Assembly: GCA_963664405.1 (NCBI GenBank)
Contig: OY761158.1
Span: 736,001-800,000, forward strand
From: Thermoanaerobaculia bacterium
Lineage (GTDB): Bacteria; Acidobacteriota; Thermoanaerobaculia; Multivoradales; Multivoraceae
Reading direction: 5' to 3'
Length of the DNA stretch: 64,000 bases
Positions 1-11,321 of this stretch are shown piece after piece. The translations under genes were made by a program, and so were the position numbers. Numbering within the stretch: position 1 is the stretch's first letter; every line of letters starts with the position of its first letter. Under the pieces are notes generated by a model. That model had not been told where the DNA came from and searched no databases. It saw only the letters and a program-made list of their open reading frames with translations.

Positions 1-801
1 GGCGATCTCTCTGGCGAAATCGAAGCCTCGAGGCGGGCGGCGGCCGAGATTGACCTGACGGGCGAAGTCGAAGGGGTAAAGCACGGTCGCGCGGCTTGAA
101 TCGAAACCGCCAAGCTTCCCCAGGCGCTGCTCCACCTCTTCGCGAGCGGACTCGAGGCCCTCGACGATCCTGATCTCGAGGCTCACGCTATGAAGCGTTT
201 CGCTTCCTTCGCTGAGCTCCGCGACAATGCGGTAGGCACCGGACTCGAGGCCCCTCAGATCGACCGAAAAGGGGAAGGGCGCCGCCAGGAGGTCCCCGGG
301 CAAGGGCCCGAAAGTCCCCAGCTGTCGCTCTTCTCTTTCACCCTCGAGCAACTTTGCCGTCATCCTCAGCGGACTCGTCGGCTGGTAGTCGGTGGGGTAC
401 AACTGAGCGAGCCAAACGGTCGCATCGCCTCTGGCGTCCGCAATCCGTGATTCGGAGCGCAGGTGGAGCGAGCGCCAGAGCTCGTCGCGCTCGCTCCAGG
501 GCCGCCCTAACGCTCTCGCAAGCGCGCCGTATAGCAACCGGTAGGCTTCGCCCGAGCGATCTGCGCTGTAGTGGTCGAAGGCCTCATCGACCCGCTCCTC
601 CAATGCCCCGAGCTCGGTTCCGCTCAGGTCGCGAGCCGCGGCCGCGCGGATAATCGTGCCGGGAAGCTGCTCAATCAGGACCAGGGGCCCTTCGAGTCGC
701 CCGAGCGCCCGCCGCACCTCTCCGGCTCGGCCCTGGCCAACGGCCAGATGGCAGAGCACGAAGAAGGCGATGGCGAGAGTGATGGCGATGCGTGGTCTCA
801 T
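1..801 (-). CDS. Secreted protein, 3' end outside the window (possibly N-terminal part of a hydrolase)
   Basis: Hand-translated open frame from ATG 801 to base 1 (MRPRIAITLAIAFFVLCHLAVGQG...RATVLYPFDFARQVNLGRR); signal-peptide-like N-terminus; missing from the ORF track because it runs off the edge. Confidence 0.6.
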   Translation of the reverse strand, partial: MRPRIAITLAIAFFVLCHLAVGQGRAGEVRRALGRLEGPLVLIEQLPGTIIRAAAARDLSGTELGALEERVDEAFDHYSADRSGEAYRLLYGALARALGRPWSERDELWRSLHLRSESRIADARGDATVWLAQLYPTDYQPTSPLRMTAKLLEGEREERQLGTFGPLPGDLLAAPFPFSVDLRGLESGAYRIVAELSEGSETLHSVSLEIRIVEGLESAREEVEQRLGKLGGFDSSRATVLYPFDFARQVNLGRRPPRGFDFAREIA

Positions 802-898
802 TGCGAAGCCTCCTGGGTCTAAAGCTCACTACCTCGAATCTAGAAAAGTAGATAGACTGGTCCACTTTAACAAGCAAGCCTGGTCTTGGGAGGAGCAA

Positions 899-1912
899 AT
901 GCGCGAGAGAGTCCCGAAAGTACACACACTCTTCCTTCTATTGCTGATCTGCGTGACTTCGATGGCAGCCGCCCAGAAAACGCAGCGGGGCCGGCTGATC
1001 CACGCAGAGGTCGAAACCGATCTCGTCCCAAGTCCGGCGAAGTTCGACGTTCTTCTACCGCCAGGCTACGAGTCGATCAGCGAGCCGTTGCCTCTCCTGG
1101 TCTGGTTGCACGGCGGCGCAAGCGGGGTCAACCATATCGAGCGCCGCATCGGCGAGCACATCGAGAGCGCCTGGGCGCAGGGCGTTCTCTCCCCCACCGT
1201 GATCGTTGCCCCGATAACGGGGGCCTCTTATTACATCGATTGGAAGGACGGCTCCCAGGACTGGGAGCGCTTCATCGTCGGAGAGCTGCTCGAGCACGTG
1301 CGAAAGAACTACAACGTTAGAGGCGACCGGGAAGGTACTGTCCTCGCCGGGGCATCTGCCGGAGGCCAGGGCACTCTGCGCCTCGCATTGCGAAATCCCA
1401 CCACGTTCATCGCCGCTGCCGCGATGGAGCCTGGCTTCGAGCCTGTTCTCTCCTTCGACAAGCTCGATCCGGGTCGTCTGGACTCGCCGGGGGCGAGGCA
1501 GTTCCTCGCAGAGCGCTTCGGCGACCCGATCGACAAGGACTACTGGGCGGAACGACATCCGCCGACGATCGTCATTCGCCATGCCGACGCCATTCGAGAG
1601 TCGGGGCTGCAACTGCGAGTCGAAGCCGGCGACGAAGACGCCAACCTCACTTGGCTCAGCGCGGAGCTCGTCCATCGTTTGCTCTTCGACGCCGCGATCC
1701 CTCACGAGTACTACATCGAGCGCGGCGCCGCGCACACCGGCTTTTCGATGCCACGACGTCTCCATCAGAGCTTCGCCTTCCTCGATCGCGCCGTCCATCC
1801 CGAGGGTCCTGACGCACAAGCCATGCGGCATTTCGAGGGCGCCAAACAAAACGGTCGCTATCGGCCGCGGGTCCCGAATCAGCTACCCTACGAAGCGCCA
1901 GACTTTCGCTAG
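899..1912 (+). CDS. Exported putative esterase (alpha/beta hydrolase, PF00756-like)
   Basis: GGAGGAG RBS before ATG 899; signal peptide; LHGG and G-A-S-A-G-G nucleophile motif; C-terminal GAAH. Confidence 0.8.
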   Translation: MRERVPKVHTLFLLLLICVTSMAAAQKTQRGRLIHAEVETDLVPSPAKFDVLLPPGYESISEPLPLLVWLHGGASGVNHIERRIGEHIESAWAQGVLSPTVIVAPITGASYYIDWKDGSQDWERFIVGELLEHVRKNYNVRGDREGTVLAGASAGGQGTLRLALRNPTTFIAAAAMEPGFEPVLSFDKLDPGRLDSPGARQFLAERFGDPIDKDYWAERHPPTIVIRHADAIRESGLQLRVEAGDEDANLTWLSAELVHRLLFDAAIPHEYYIERGAAHTGFSMPRRLHQSFAFLDRAVHPEGPDAQAMRHFEGAKQNGRYRPRVPNQLPYEAPDFR

Positions 1913-1943
1913 AGCAGCCGCTCAGCTCAGAAGAGGAACACTC

Positions 1944-3236
1944 ATGTCCTGGAGCTTCGAGACCGATCCTGAAGACCAGCAAGAGCTCGACTGGGTCGAG
2001 AGCTTCGTCCGCGAAGAGGTAGAGCCCCTCGACCTCGTCTTGGGCGACCCCTACGACATCGAGGACCCGGCCTTCGTCGAGCTGGTGCGGCCGCTGCAGA
2101 AGGTGGTGCAAGCCCGCAAGCTGTGGGCCTGCCACCTCGGCACAGAGCTCGGCGGAGAGGGCTACGGCCAACTCAAGCTGGCGCTCATGAACGAGATCTT
2201 GGGGCGCTCTTACTTCGCTCCCATCGTCTTCGGCTGCCAGGCACCCGACTCCGGTAATGGCGAGATCCTCGCCCACTACGGCAGCGAGGAGCACAAGCGA
2301 CGCTACCTCGAGCCGCTATTGCGAAATGAGATCGTGTCGTGCTTCTCGATGACCGAGCCTCAGGCCGGTGCTGATCCCAAGATGTTCACCTGCCGAGCCC
2401 AGCGGGACGGCGATGAGTGGGTACTGAATGGTGAGAAGTGGTTCTCCTCCAATGCCAAATTCGCCTCCTTTCTCATCGTCATGTGTGTCACCAACCCCGA
2501 GGCCGAGGTCTACAGTCGGATGTCGATGTTCATCGTGCCGAAGGAGACTCCGGGCATCGAGATCGTGCGCAATATCGAGATCGGCCTCGAGGGCGCTGGC
2601 ACGCACGCCTACATTCGATACAAGAACGTTCGTGTGCCTCTGGAGAACATGCTCGGTGGCGAGGGCCAAGCCTTCGTCGTCGCCCAGACGCGCCTGGGCG
2701 GGGGCCGCATCCATCATGCGATGAGAACTCTGGGGCAGATCAAAAAGGCTTTTGACGCGATGTGCCAGCGCGCCCTTTCGCGGCAAACCCAGGGCGAGCT
2801 TCTCGCCCAGAAACAGATGGTCCAGGAGAAGATCGCCGACTCATGGATGGAAATGGAGCAGTTCAGGCTGCTGGTCCTGCGAACTGCGTGGCGCATCGAC
2901 CGCTATCAAGACTACCGACGGGTACGCAAAGACATCGCCGCGGTAAAGGCCATGATGCCGAAGGTCTACCACGACGTCGTTGCGCGCGCCCTGCAGATTC
3001 ACGGCGCTCTCGGCCTGTCGAACGAGATGCCCTTCGTGGGGCAGTTGGTGGGTGCTTTCGGAATGGGTCTCGCGGACGGGCCGACGGAGGTGCACAAGAT
3101 CACCGTGGCGCGCCAGGTGCTGCAGGAGTACGAGGCCTACGAAGGCGTCTTCCCGCCCGGCCATCTACCCGCTTTGCGGGAGAACGCAGTCAAGAAATTC
3201 GCGGATCGGATCGAGTTCGAAGTGGCGTCTCTGTAG
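1944..3236 (+). CDS. Acyl-CoA dehydrogenase
   Basis: CFSMTEPQAGAD, LNGEKWFSS, RLGGGRIHH and ADGPTEVH motifs; AGAGGA RBS before ATG 1944. Confidence 0.92.
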   Translation: MSWSFETDPEDQQELDWVESFVREEVEPLDLVLGDPYDIEDPAFVELVRPLQKVVQARKLWACHLGTELGGEGYGQLKLALMNEILGRSYFAPIVFGCQAPDSGNGEILAHYGSEEHKRRYLEPLLRNEIVSCFSMTEPQAGADPKMFTCRAQRDGDEWVLNGEKWFSSNAKFASFLIVMCVTNPEAEVYSRMSMFIVPKETPGIEIVRNIEIGLEGAGTHAYIRYKNVRVPLENMLGGEGQAFVVAQTRLGGGRIHHAMRTLGQIKKAFDAMCQRALSRQTQGELLAQKQMVQEKIADSWMEMEQFRLLVLRTAWRIDRYQDYRRVRKDIAAVKAMMPKVYHDVVARALQIHGALGLSNEMPFVGQLVGAFGMGLADGPTEVHKITVARQVLQEYEAYEGVFPPGHLPALRENAVKKFADRIEFEVASL

Positions 3237-3250
3237 CGACACCCATCACG

Positions 3251-5506
3251 CTACTCTTTGCGAATGAGCTTACCCAGAGCGACTCGGTCAGAGGCCAGGA
3301 GGGCCTCGACACGCTCCTCATCAACGTTGGCAACGATGATGTGGCCAACTTCGTCGTGCACTTCTTTGAACAACCCGTGCGTCTTCATCTTCTGGGTCTG
3401 ATACTGGTTGTCCTCGGTGGGACTGACGTAATGAACCTGCGCGGCCCGATAGCGATGGATCAGCCAAAGATGTATGAGTGACATCAGTCGCTTCTGCCGC
3501 AACGCCGGGTCGAAAGTGTTCTGATCGCGAACCGACAGAATCCGCTTGCCCTGGCGATCCTCCATCGGGGCGAAAATGACGTTGGCTACCCCCTCGTTCT
3601 CCGGACCAATGACGGTCAACTCCAGGAGCTCGGCTCCGGCCGTGTGAGGGCGCAGGGCAATCTTGAGATCTGACGGCAGATCGTAGTGCCCGGTCCAGAG
3701 ACCGAGCCAACCTTCCAGAAGACTTCTCGGCACTTCCGTCTGCATCACGTGCTGGAACTGCGTCGAGCCCTTCCCCATCGCCTTGGTCGTCGAGGTGCGA
3801 CCCGACGATGCCATCAGAGCGGCATCCAAACGCGGCCCCCCCACCAGAGTCTGGGGAGTGCGATAGGGAGAGTCCACCAGACGAAATTTTCGCTGCAATC
3901 GGGCCAAGGCCAGCATCCCGTCTTCGAGAAGGGCTGTCGCAAACTCCTCACTGGCGAGGCCATCGATCTGATGGCCACCGTAAGTGATGAAGTTGAAAAC
4001 AAAGCCCAACTTGCCGAGCTCCTCCGGAAACTGCCGCATTTCCTCGTCGCTCATCCCGGTGGTATCCCAGCTGAAAGACGGTGAAAGATTGTAGGCGAGC
4101 ATCTTGTCGGGAAACTCCGCATGAATCGCCTCCGCGAACACTCTCGCGTCTTCGAGGTCGGCGGTCTTCGTCTCCATCCACAGCAGATCTGAGAACGGAG
4201 CCGCCGCCAGCGACTTCGCGGTGGCCCACTCGATACCACTCCTGACCTGGTAGTAACCCTCGGGGGTTTTCGCCAGGTCACTGCTCCATTCGGTGTCGAC
4301 GCCCATCGACCCTGCCCGTTCCCCCGCCTCATACCAAGATGCGCGGCTCGCGAACTCGGTCCAGGCATCCACGCTCATCTCGAAGTCCTCACCATCGGCA
4401 GCGCGAGCCGCCATCGCATCGGCAACGGCTTGGGCATAGGTGGTCAGCCCGGCGTCCACCTCCCACCGATCGACGAATGCGGTCAGGACACGATCGAGCA
4501 TCGCGTCGACGCCCATATCGGCGTCTTGTCGGTAGGCTTCCGCGCTCTCCTCTGCCAGGCTCGAAAGCCCGGTCTTGCTCAGCCAAGCAAAAGCTTGTTC
4601 GTATTCGGCATCTGAGATGTCGTAGAGCAGGTGGCCGCGAATCTCTTCCAGGCCAAGCTCCGCGAGCTTCTTCTGAATTGCGATCGTTACCACGCGATAT
4701 GCAGGAACGCTTCGGTTGGTCGCTCCGAGGATGAAGGGTTGGTCACGCTCGTCCGAGCAACCTTCCAAGAGCGTCGCCGCCTCGGCATCGGTACGGGCCA
4801 CGATAATGCCAGGAACTCCCATGATGTCGAGCTGGAGGCGGGCCGCGTTGAGCCGCTTGATCTGCTCGTCGCAGGCAACCAGGACCTTGCCCCCCTGGTG
4901 CCCGCATTTCTTTACACCGGGCTTCTGATCTTCGATGTGGTACCCGGGTACGCCGGCTTCCACAAATCGGCGAATCAAGTTTCTGACATGCGCGTCACCC
5001 CCGTGCCCGGTGTCGGCGTCGGCGATAATGAACGGGCGGAAGTCGACTTCGGGCGTGCGTCGGCGCTCTTCTTCACTCATGCGCGAGCGTGCGAAGTACT
5101 GGTTACGGTCGGCGCTCAACAACGCTCGCACCAGCGGCGCCGCCTCGTCGGGGACCTGACCCAGTGGGTAGCTTGCTAAATCGGCGCCGGGGTCTTCGCC
5201 TTTGGAGCCCTTGGCGGAGGTAGCCCAGCCTCCTAGATAGATGCCCTCGATCCCGAGTCTTTTCATCGCGACGCCCTGACCCGGCGAGTACGGGCCAAAG
5301 GTCGTAATCGACTTCTTCGCCGCGAAGAGCTCGCGCAGGCGGGCATAAAAGGCCTCGGCTGCGTCTCTGGCGACGACATACTCACTGGGCACTGTGCCCT
5401 GCTGCTCCGCGACCTGGCGCGGCGAATACAAGCGCTCGATGCCTTGAAAACGATCGCGCGCGATCCACTCCCTGGCGGCGTCGAGCTGTTCATCCCATGC
5501 GCTCAT
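3251..5506 (-). CDS. aceA: Isocitrate lyase, long ICL2-type with C-terminal extension
   Basis: [11 protein letters not shown], catalytic [21 protein letters not shown]; ~750 aa. Confidence 0.92.
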   Translation of the reverse strand: MSAWDEQLDAAREWIARDRFQGIERLYSPRQVAEQQGTVPSEYVVARDAAEAFYARLRELFAAKKSITTFGPYSPGQGVAMKRLGIEGIYLGGWATSAKGSKGEDPGADLASYPLGQVPDEAAPLVRALLSADRNQYFARSRMSEEERRRTPEVDFRPFIIADADTGHGGDAHVRNLIRRFVEAGVPGYHIEDQKPGVKKCGHQGGKVLVACDEQIKRLNAARLQLDIMGVPGIIVARTDAEAATLLEGCSDERDQPFILGATNRSVPAYRVVTIAIQKKLAELGLEEIRGHLLYDISDAEYEQAFAWLSKTGLSSLAEESAEAYRQDADMGVDAMLDRVLTAFVDRWEVDAGLTTYAQAVADAMAARAADGEDFEMSVDAWTEFASRASWYEAGERAGSMGVDTEWSSDLAKTPEGYYQVRSGIEWATAKSLAAAPFSDLLWMETKTADLEDARVFAEAIHAEFPDKMLAYNLSPSFSWDTTGMSDEEMRQFPEELGKLGFVFNFITYGGHQIDGLASEEFATALLEDGMLALARLQRKFRLVDSPYRTPQTLVGGPRLDAALMASSGRTSTTKAMGKGSTQFQHVMQTEVPRSLLEGWLGLWTGHYDLPSDLKIALRPHTAGAELLELTVIGPENEGVANVIFAPMEDRQGKRILSVRDQNTFDPALRQKRLMSLIHLWLIHRYRAAQVHYVSPTEDNQYQTQKMKTHGLFKEVHDEVGHIIVANVDEERVEALLASDRVALGKLIRKE

Positions 5507-5639
5507 CGTCTCTTCTCCTCCAACGGTCATAGGCTGTCTTAATGAAGATACAAAGCGGAGACGCCCTCCATATCAGGCCTCTAGAAAGGGCGACAGCTGC
5601 AGATGCGGCAGACCGTACCAAAAAAGGGGTCGGGAGTCC

Positions 5640-7085
5640 TCAGAAATCCGGCGGCCGCCGAAATCCCCCCATCATCTCTGTCAGATGCCGGGCAAACTCT
5701 AGGGTCGTGCGGTCCTCGAGATAGGGCCCGACCAGCTGCATGCCGACGGGCAGGCCAGCCCCGGTGAGGCCGACGGGAACCACGGTCGACGGCAGGTAGG
5801 CCACCCCTACCAGGCCCATCCACTTCATCTGTTCGCCATAAGGTCGTGACTCTCCGTCAACGACGATCGTGCGCAAGCTCATCGCCTCGGTGTGATCGTG
5901 GGGGATGGCCGGCACCGGAGAGACCGGCATCAAGACGACATCCCAATCGGCAAAGAAGTCGAACCATTTGCGACGTAGCTGCAGACGGCGCTCGTTGGCC
6001 GACAGCCAACCCCGATGCCTCAGGGTCGCGCCCTCGACAAAAGCCTCGCCGCCGCCCTGGGCCACTTCAGCGGCCATCTTCTCGATCTGGTCGTGACTGA
6101 ACCCTCCGCACTGAGCCGCACCGAGTAACTGGGCGAAGACCCGGCCCGAATAAGAAAACTCGAAGTCCGGACGCGCTTCCCAGGACACTCTCGCTCCCGC
6201 CTCCTCGACCGCCCTCGCCGCGCCGTGGAGCAGATCGCGCGACTCGACCGAGAGGGGGCAAAAGGAGTCATCGACCCACACCGCGACCCGAAAGTCCTCG
6301 ATACGTTTTTGGCGCGGCTCCGGCAAAGCCAGCTGCCAGCCGACGCTCTCCCACGCATCGGGACCGGCGAGGAGATTCAGGCCAAGCTCCAGATCCTCCA
6401 CGGTGCGAGCCAGAGGTCCGGCAACCGCGATATCCGCCTGAGTGAGAGTTCCTGGTGGGCCGGGAATCTGCCCCTGCGCTGGCACGATCCGGTATGAAGG
6501 CTTGTGCCCCATCACGCCGCAGGAGTGCGCCGGATTTCGGATCGATCCTCCGATATCACTGCCGAGCTCGAGTGGCGTAAAACCGGCGGCCAGAGCCCCA
6601 GCAGAGCCTCCCGAAGAACCGCCCACAGTACGGCTCGCGTCCCAGGGGTTGTTCGACTGTCCGAAGACTTCGTTGTAACTCTGCACATCGCCGGCGTAGA
6701 GAGGCAGGTTGGTCTTGCCGAAAACAACCGCGCCCGCCGCGCGCAATCGAGCCACTGGCACCGCGTCGACCTCCGGAACATAGCTCGCGAGCTCGGGAGC
6801 GCCCGAGGTGGTGCGCATGCCGGCAGTGCTGAAAGAGTCCTTGATGGTCATTGGAACGCCGTGCAATGGGCCTAGCACCGCGCCGCTCGCTACGGCCTCG
6901 TCCGCGGCCCGAGCCTGCTCACGAGCGCGCTCGGCGTCGACTGTCACCACCAGGTTCAGTGGCTCGTTTCGATTCTTCACCCGCCCGAGGAAGGCCTCGA
7001 GAAGCTCCAGGCTGGAAACCTCCCGATCGCGGATGGCCGCGGCGAGACGAGTCGCAGATAGATAGAAAGGGTCGCTCAACGACAT
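5640..7085 (-). CDS. Amidase (amidase signature family)
   Basis: GPLHGVPMTIKD, GGSSGGS, LGSDIGGSIRNPA. Confidence 0.92.
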   Translation of the reverse strand: MSLSDPFYLSATRLAAAIRDREVSSLELLEAFLGRVKNRNEPLNLVVTVDAERAREQARAADEAVASGAVLGPLHGVPMTIKDSFSTAGMRTTSGAPELASYVPEVDAVPVARLRAAGAVVFGKTNLPLYAGDVQSYNEVFGQSNNPWDASRTVGGSSGGSAGALAAGFTPLELGSDIGGSIRNPAHSCGVMGHKPSYRIVPAQGQIPGPPGTLTQADIAVAGPLARTVEDLELGLNLLAGPDAWESVGWQLALPEPRQKRIEDFRVAVWVDDSFCPLSVESRDLLHGAARAVEEAGARVSWEARPDFEFSYSGRVFAQLLGAAQCGGFSHDQIEKMAAEVAQGGGEAFVEGATLRHRGWLSANERRLQLRRKWFDFFADWDVVLMPVSPVPAIPHDHTEAMSLRTIVVDGESRPYGEQMKWMGLVGVAYLPSTVVPVGLTGAGLPVGMQLVGPYLEDRTTLEFARHLTEMMGGFRRPPDF

Positions 7086-7114
7086 AGTCTGTCCTCCGAG
7101 TGATGGCAGGAGAC

Positions 7115-7600
7115 CTACTCCTCCGGCTCTTCGAAATTCTCCACCATGTATTCGTAATATGGACCCTTCAGGAATCCATGGAAGACCTCGTGGACCAGCG
7201 ACACACCCTTCTTGACCGCATACTCCCAATCATCTCTGAGAACCCGGAGTGAAACCGACACGCTACCCCTCCGGCTCGAGCACAGAAGCTCCACTCGCCC
7301 GGGGTCGATTCGCCGATGCTCGGGCAAATCCTCACTGCTGCGCTGGCTGAAAAAGTCCCTGAGGGCACGATCCATCACCGAGCGGTAGGGAATATTAGGA
7401 AGCAGGTCCTGAAACACCAGGGTCTTACGCACCGGATCGACGCGAAGCCTAAAAGTCGCTTCATGCAGCCATCGGAAGCGAAACTCTTCCGTGCCCCGTG
7501 ATGACGGGCGCCGCACGAAACCGCGGAACACACCCCGATCGGCATAACTCTGCAAGGTCTCGGCGACTTTGTCTGCGCTCCGCGTTGAGGTCCTGTTCAA
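7115..7600 (-). CDS. Hypothetical protein
   Basis: 161-aa ORF with protein-like composition, co-oriented with the amidase. Confidence 0.6.
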   Translation of the reverse strand: MNRTSTRSADKVAETLQSYADRGVFRGFVRRPSSRGTEEFRFRWLHEATFRLRVDPVRKTLVFQDLLPNIPYRSVMDRALRDFFSQRSSEDLPEHRRIDPGRVELLCSSRRGSVSVSLRVLRDDWEYAVKKGVSLVHEVFHGFLKGPYYEYMVENFEEPEE

Positions 7601-8022
7601 TCGGCGACTCCGGCCAGTCCGGTAACTCTAGTGGGCCGTAGTAGGACACTAGACTATCGCTGCGGCTACTCTTTGAGAAGAATCAGTCCCACTTCAGTGT
7701 CGCGACCGTCATCGAAGCGGACAGTCTCGAGCTCGAGACCTCGGTTGGCGATGTCTAGAAGAGCCAGCTCGAAGCAATGACGACGGCCGTTGCGACAGCG
7801 ACGCGAGCACGGGCATTCAACTCGTGAGCGACCCTCGGTCCGCCTAGCCTGGACTATTCATGAGGTCCGTAGCGAGGTGCCGCAGATGCCCGAAGATACA
7901 AGGCGTCGCGACCGAGAGCACCGCAGGCGTATTGGGCAATACGTCGAGGGGCGCGACAGAGCGCAACGCAGTAGATTCGGGCAGCTGCGGCACCGTAGTA
8001 GGAGCTTCATGAATAATCCAGG

Positions 8023-9630
8023 CTAGGCCCCCACCCGGTAAAGCAGAAAGAGCCTCCAGGGATCATGAACTCGATGGATCAGCTCGAGGCGGCGCGCCTC
8101 GGCGGGAGAGGCCTCTTCGATACTCCGTAGCTCTCGGGCGGAGAGCACGACAAAGGATCCAACAGCCGGTAGCGGCCCTCCTGGATGAAAGGTCCTCACC
8201 GGGCGATCGAGATAGAAGTAGAGCGAAGAGCTCTTGCCTACGACATCCGCTACGCCAAACGCCCAAACCGTTGCGCCCTCGGGTAGGTGGGCGTCCAGCG
8301 ACTTCGCCGCCGACTCCAAGACACGGAATCGGGCCCGATGTGGGCGAAATGCCCAGTTCTCGGCCGTCCACGAGCACAGTGCACCGACGAGCAAGACATA
8401 GGCGATCCGATAGCGCGGCCGATCGCGATGAAGCCACTCGACGACAGCGAATGAGGTGATCCCGACAACCAACAGCAAGACTCGGGAGGGGGCAGAGAAT
8501 GTAGGCCCTAGAGCCAGAGTCATCACTAGGATCGCGAATACGAGGCCCAAGCCGTGAAAGAAGCGCGAAGCACGCTTCGTCGGCTGGGCCAGTCGCTCCA
8601 AAGCGTGGGCGCTGACAATCCCTGCCGCAACACTCAACGGCAAGTAGTAGCGACTCTCGTCAGTGGGCACCGCCATGAAGACGAGAGTGCCGCCGACAAG
8701 AAACGCCCAGGCGGCCCGCTGCAGGCGTTCCTCGGGTCCCGCGGGGGCCACCCTCCAACTCGAGCCAGGAGAGCTCCAGAACCAGCAGAGGCTCCAAGGA
8801 ACGAACGCGGCAAGAATGACCAGGGGCTTGGTGAAAGTCCGGCTGACGGTCTCGAGGGTCCATTCGAGGCCCCGCTTACGAGCCTCGTCCAGAGGCTGAT
8901 CAAAGGCCGCCGACCCGACCGAGCTCCAGAGCAGCGCGAGATAAGCTCCGATGAGAACCGCAAACAGGGCGACGCCGGCAAGGTGTCCGCGACGGGTGAG
9001 CTGGCGAGTTTGGCGAGAGAAGATCGCAGCGCCCAAGAGTCCTGGCCCGAAGGCCATGAGCGCCAACATGCCCTTGGCAAGAAATGCCGCAGCGAGGGCG
9101 AGATAGGCGAGGAGCCAAATCCAGGTGGAGGGCTTTGCTCGCTCGGCCGCCAGGTTGTAGCAGGCAGCCGCAACCGCGATACCCACCAGAGAGGCCAGCA
9201 CGGTGTCGAACTCACCGAGGTTCACTTTCTGGTTCCACAGCAGCCCGGTAGTGGCGGCGAGGGCGGCGAAAAGGCCCAGTCGAGGTTTAGTCACGCGACC
9301 GATGAGCACCAGCACTACCAAGCCCATGACTACAGTCGAGACAGCACCTGGAAGACGCACCGCCAACTCGGTCGGCCCGAAGAGCCCAATCGACAACGCA
9401 GCCAGCCAGTAAACCAACGGAGGTTTGTAGGTGTAGAGCTCGCCATAGAGCTCAGGGAGGAGGAGATCGCCGTTCTCGAGCATGTTCTCGGCTGCGTACG
9501 CGACCATGCCCTCCATGCTCACCAGACCGGTGGAGCCCAGCCCGGAGAGAGTCACCAACAGTGCGATGGTCAAATAGAAAGCGGCGGCGCCCGGCCACGA
9601 GTCCAGCGAGCTGAGAGAAGAACGATCCAT
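8023..9630 (-). CDS. ArnT/PMT-like (GT39/83) membrane glycosyltransferase
   Basis: YKPPLVYWL, RLPGA, LAKG motifs, many TM segments; start uncertain. Confidence 0.8.
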   Translation of the reverse strand: MDRSSLSSLDSWPGAAAFYLTIALLVTLSGLGSTGLVSMEGMVAYAAENMLENGDLLLPELYGELYTYKPPLVYWLAALSIGLFGPTELAVRLPGAVSTVVMGLVVLVLIGRVTKPRLGLFAALAATTGLLWNQKVNLGEFDTVLASLVGIAVAAACYNLAAERAKPSTWIWLLAYLALAAAFLAKGMLALMAFGPGLLGAAIFSRQTRQLTRRGHLAGVALFAVLIGAYLALLWSSVGSAAFDQPLDEARKRGLEWTLETVSRTFTKPLVILAAFVPWSLCWFWSSPGSSWRVAPAGPEERLQRAAWAFLVGGTLVFMAVPTDESRYYLPLSVAAGIVSAHALERLAQPTKRASRFFHGLGLVFAILVMTLALGPTFSAPSRVLLLVVGITSFAVVEWLHRDRPRYRIAYVLLVGALCSWTAENWAFRPHRARFRVLESAAKSLDAHLPEGATVWAFGVADVVGKSSSLYFYLDRPVRTFHPGGPLPAVGSFVVLSARELRSIEEASPAEARRLELIHRVHDPWRLFLLYRVGA

Positions 9631-9677
9631 TGCAGAGCTGTCCCGGCCTTCGAGCCCCCCCTCCCCGCTAACCGACA

Positions 9678-10580
9678 TCAGCCTGCCCGGTGGCTCTGAG
9701 GCGGAGAGATCTGGATGAAGTTCGCGAGAACAGCTTTCGAAACTTGTCCCTCCCGATCCCTCAGCCAATAAGCTTCCAGAATCGTGGGAGTTACTCGTAC
9801 CTCCCGCGGTACCTGAGCCAATACCGCCGGAGGCACCGGCTCGTCGTCCGCAAGCTCGAGAAGTAGTGTCAAGCCGCTCTCGAGAATCTTGACTTCTTGC
9901 TCACCGTGGCGGCTCCGCCACCGAACCGCGTGGACGGTGCTTCCGAGCTCTTGCTCCTGGCGCACGCGTGTTGGCGGAGTCCCACCCAGATAAGGGCGGA
10001 GTGTCTGGGTTACCTGGCCCGCCAAATCCGAGAGCTCCTCCACTCCATCGCCATCCTGAGCCTCCGCCAGATCCTCGAAATGGAAGAGCGCATTGCCCCG
10101 CGCATCGAGAAATCGCACGATCTCAGCGCCATCCGACGCTGCGCCACTCACTCTGTAGGCCAAGATCCGGACTCGCTCGACACGCGGTTCCGGAGCCGAA
10201 GAGTCGGAGAGAAGGGACTCTCGAAGGCTCTCGGGCAAGACACTCACCCGCGCGGGCGACGAGAGCCAGAGAAGTGTTCCCTCCGCGGTCACCTCGCCGC
10301 GGTAAGTCTGCCCGGGTCTCGACGCCTCGAAACGGTGGATCCCATCCGTGGAGGTCGGATCGACGTCCAGCACCACGGCGTCTGAGGGGAGGAACCTGGC
10401 GAGAGTGTCGTAAGCGGCCGGCACCGGCCTGGCCTGGTCTCTCTCGACACGGTGGGCTAGCAGGGCAACCGCCGGGGGGACGAGCAACACCGTGGCGAGT
10501 CGCCGCAGAAAGCCCGCTCGCCGCCTTTTCTGCGCTTCCTGGAGCGCCTCACTGGTCATCAAATTCGCTTGCATCTCCAA
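9678..10580 (-). CDS. Membrane-anchored hypothetical protein (PepSY-like repeats possible)
   Basis: 300-aa ORF with N-terminal TM segment. Confidence 0.5.
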   Translation of the reverse strand: MEMQANLMTSEALQEAQKRRRAGFLRRLATVLLVPPAVALLAHRVERDQARPVPAAYDTLARFLPSDAVVLDVDPTSTDGIHRFEASRPGQTYRGEVTAEGTLLWLSSPARVSVLPESLRESLLSDSSAPEPRVERVRILAYRVSGAASDGAEIVRFLDARGNALFHFEDLAEAQDGDGVEELSDLAGQVTQTLRPYLGGTPPTRVRQEQELGSTVHAVRWRSRHGEQEVKILESGLTLLLELADDEPVPPAVLAQVPREVRVTPTILEAYWLRDREGQVSKAVLANFIQISPPQSHRAG

Positions 10581-10882
10581 CCGGGCTGCAGAGCCATCGA
10601 CAGGGACCGTGCGCGGAAGACGGTCGATCCCTTCGCTCTCTTACACTATCGTCTCCAGTTCAGGAACGGCGCCCTGTGTGCGAGCGAACGGAGGAGGCGA
10701 TTTCGGAGGAGCTTCCGAGAATGACGGCATACGAGTCGCCGCGGAGAAACCCGATCGCTGACGCTGCGGTGAAGGTCGGGCGACGCACCACGACGGCCAG
10801 ACAGCCCTCGCCCCCTCGACCGCGCGATACGATCGGACGCGCCGAATAGAGAAACGTGATCCCGATCCGATGACGCGGTCTG

Positions 10883-11217
10883 ATGACGGTCGAACAAGTC
10901 CTGGACAGCTATCTCGAAGGCAAGGGTCTCAGTCGGTCAGACAAGTGGGTGTGCTTCCTGATCGGCGGCCTGCGCATTCCCTACTTCCCCAGATATCCGC
11001 TCCGCCACTTTCTGACGATTCACGATGTTCACCACGTCATCACCGGCTCCTGATCAGTCCGGTCGGTGTCCGAACTGCGCTCTCAACCGGAGCCAGGCAG
11101 CACAATCTGTACTCCTTCGAGGTGAATGAAGTACTGGAGATGGACTACGAAGCTGCGTTTGCCTATGTGACCCGAGGTGAGAAGTGGACGAAGCCGGAGC
11201 ACAACACGAATAGCTAA
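10883..11217 (+). pseudogene. Fragmented gene with Coq4-like HDxHHxxTG motif
   Basis: MTVEQVLDSYL...LTIHDVHHVITGS* stops at 11053; a plausible C-terminal part continues in another frame to 11217. Confidence 0.4.
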
Positions 11218-11321
11218 TCGGACTCGATCGAGGGCGAGCTACCCCTCAGTGGTAGTACGCCATGCAGCGCCATGGAGTAAGTGACTTTATATCAACCATT
11301 TGCGAATCCTCATCTCAATTG

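Noticed and set aside
7698-7800. Further repeat boxes near 7.7 kb
   Set aside because: Spacing and core do not match (no N17, no GGYG); likely chance in GC-rich DNA.
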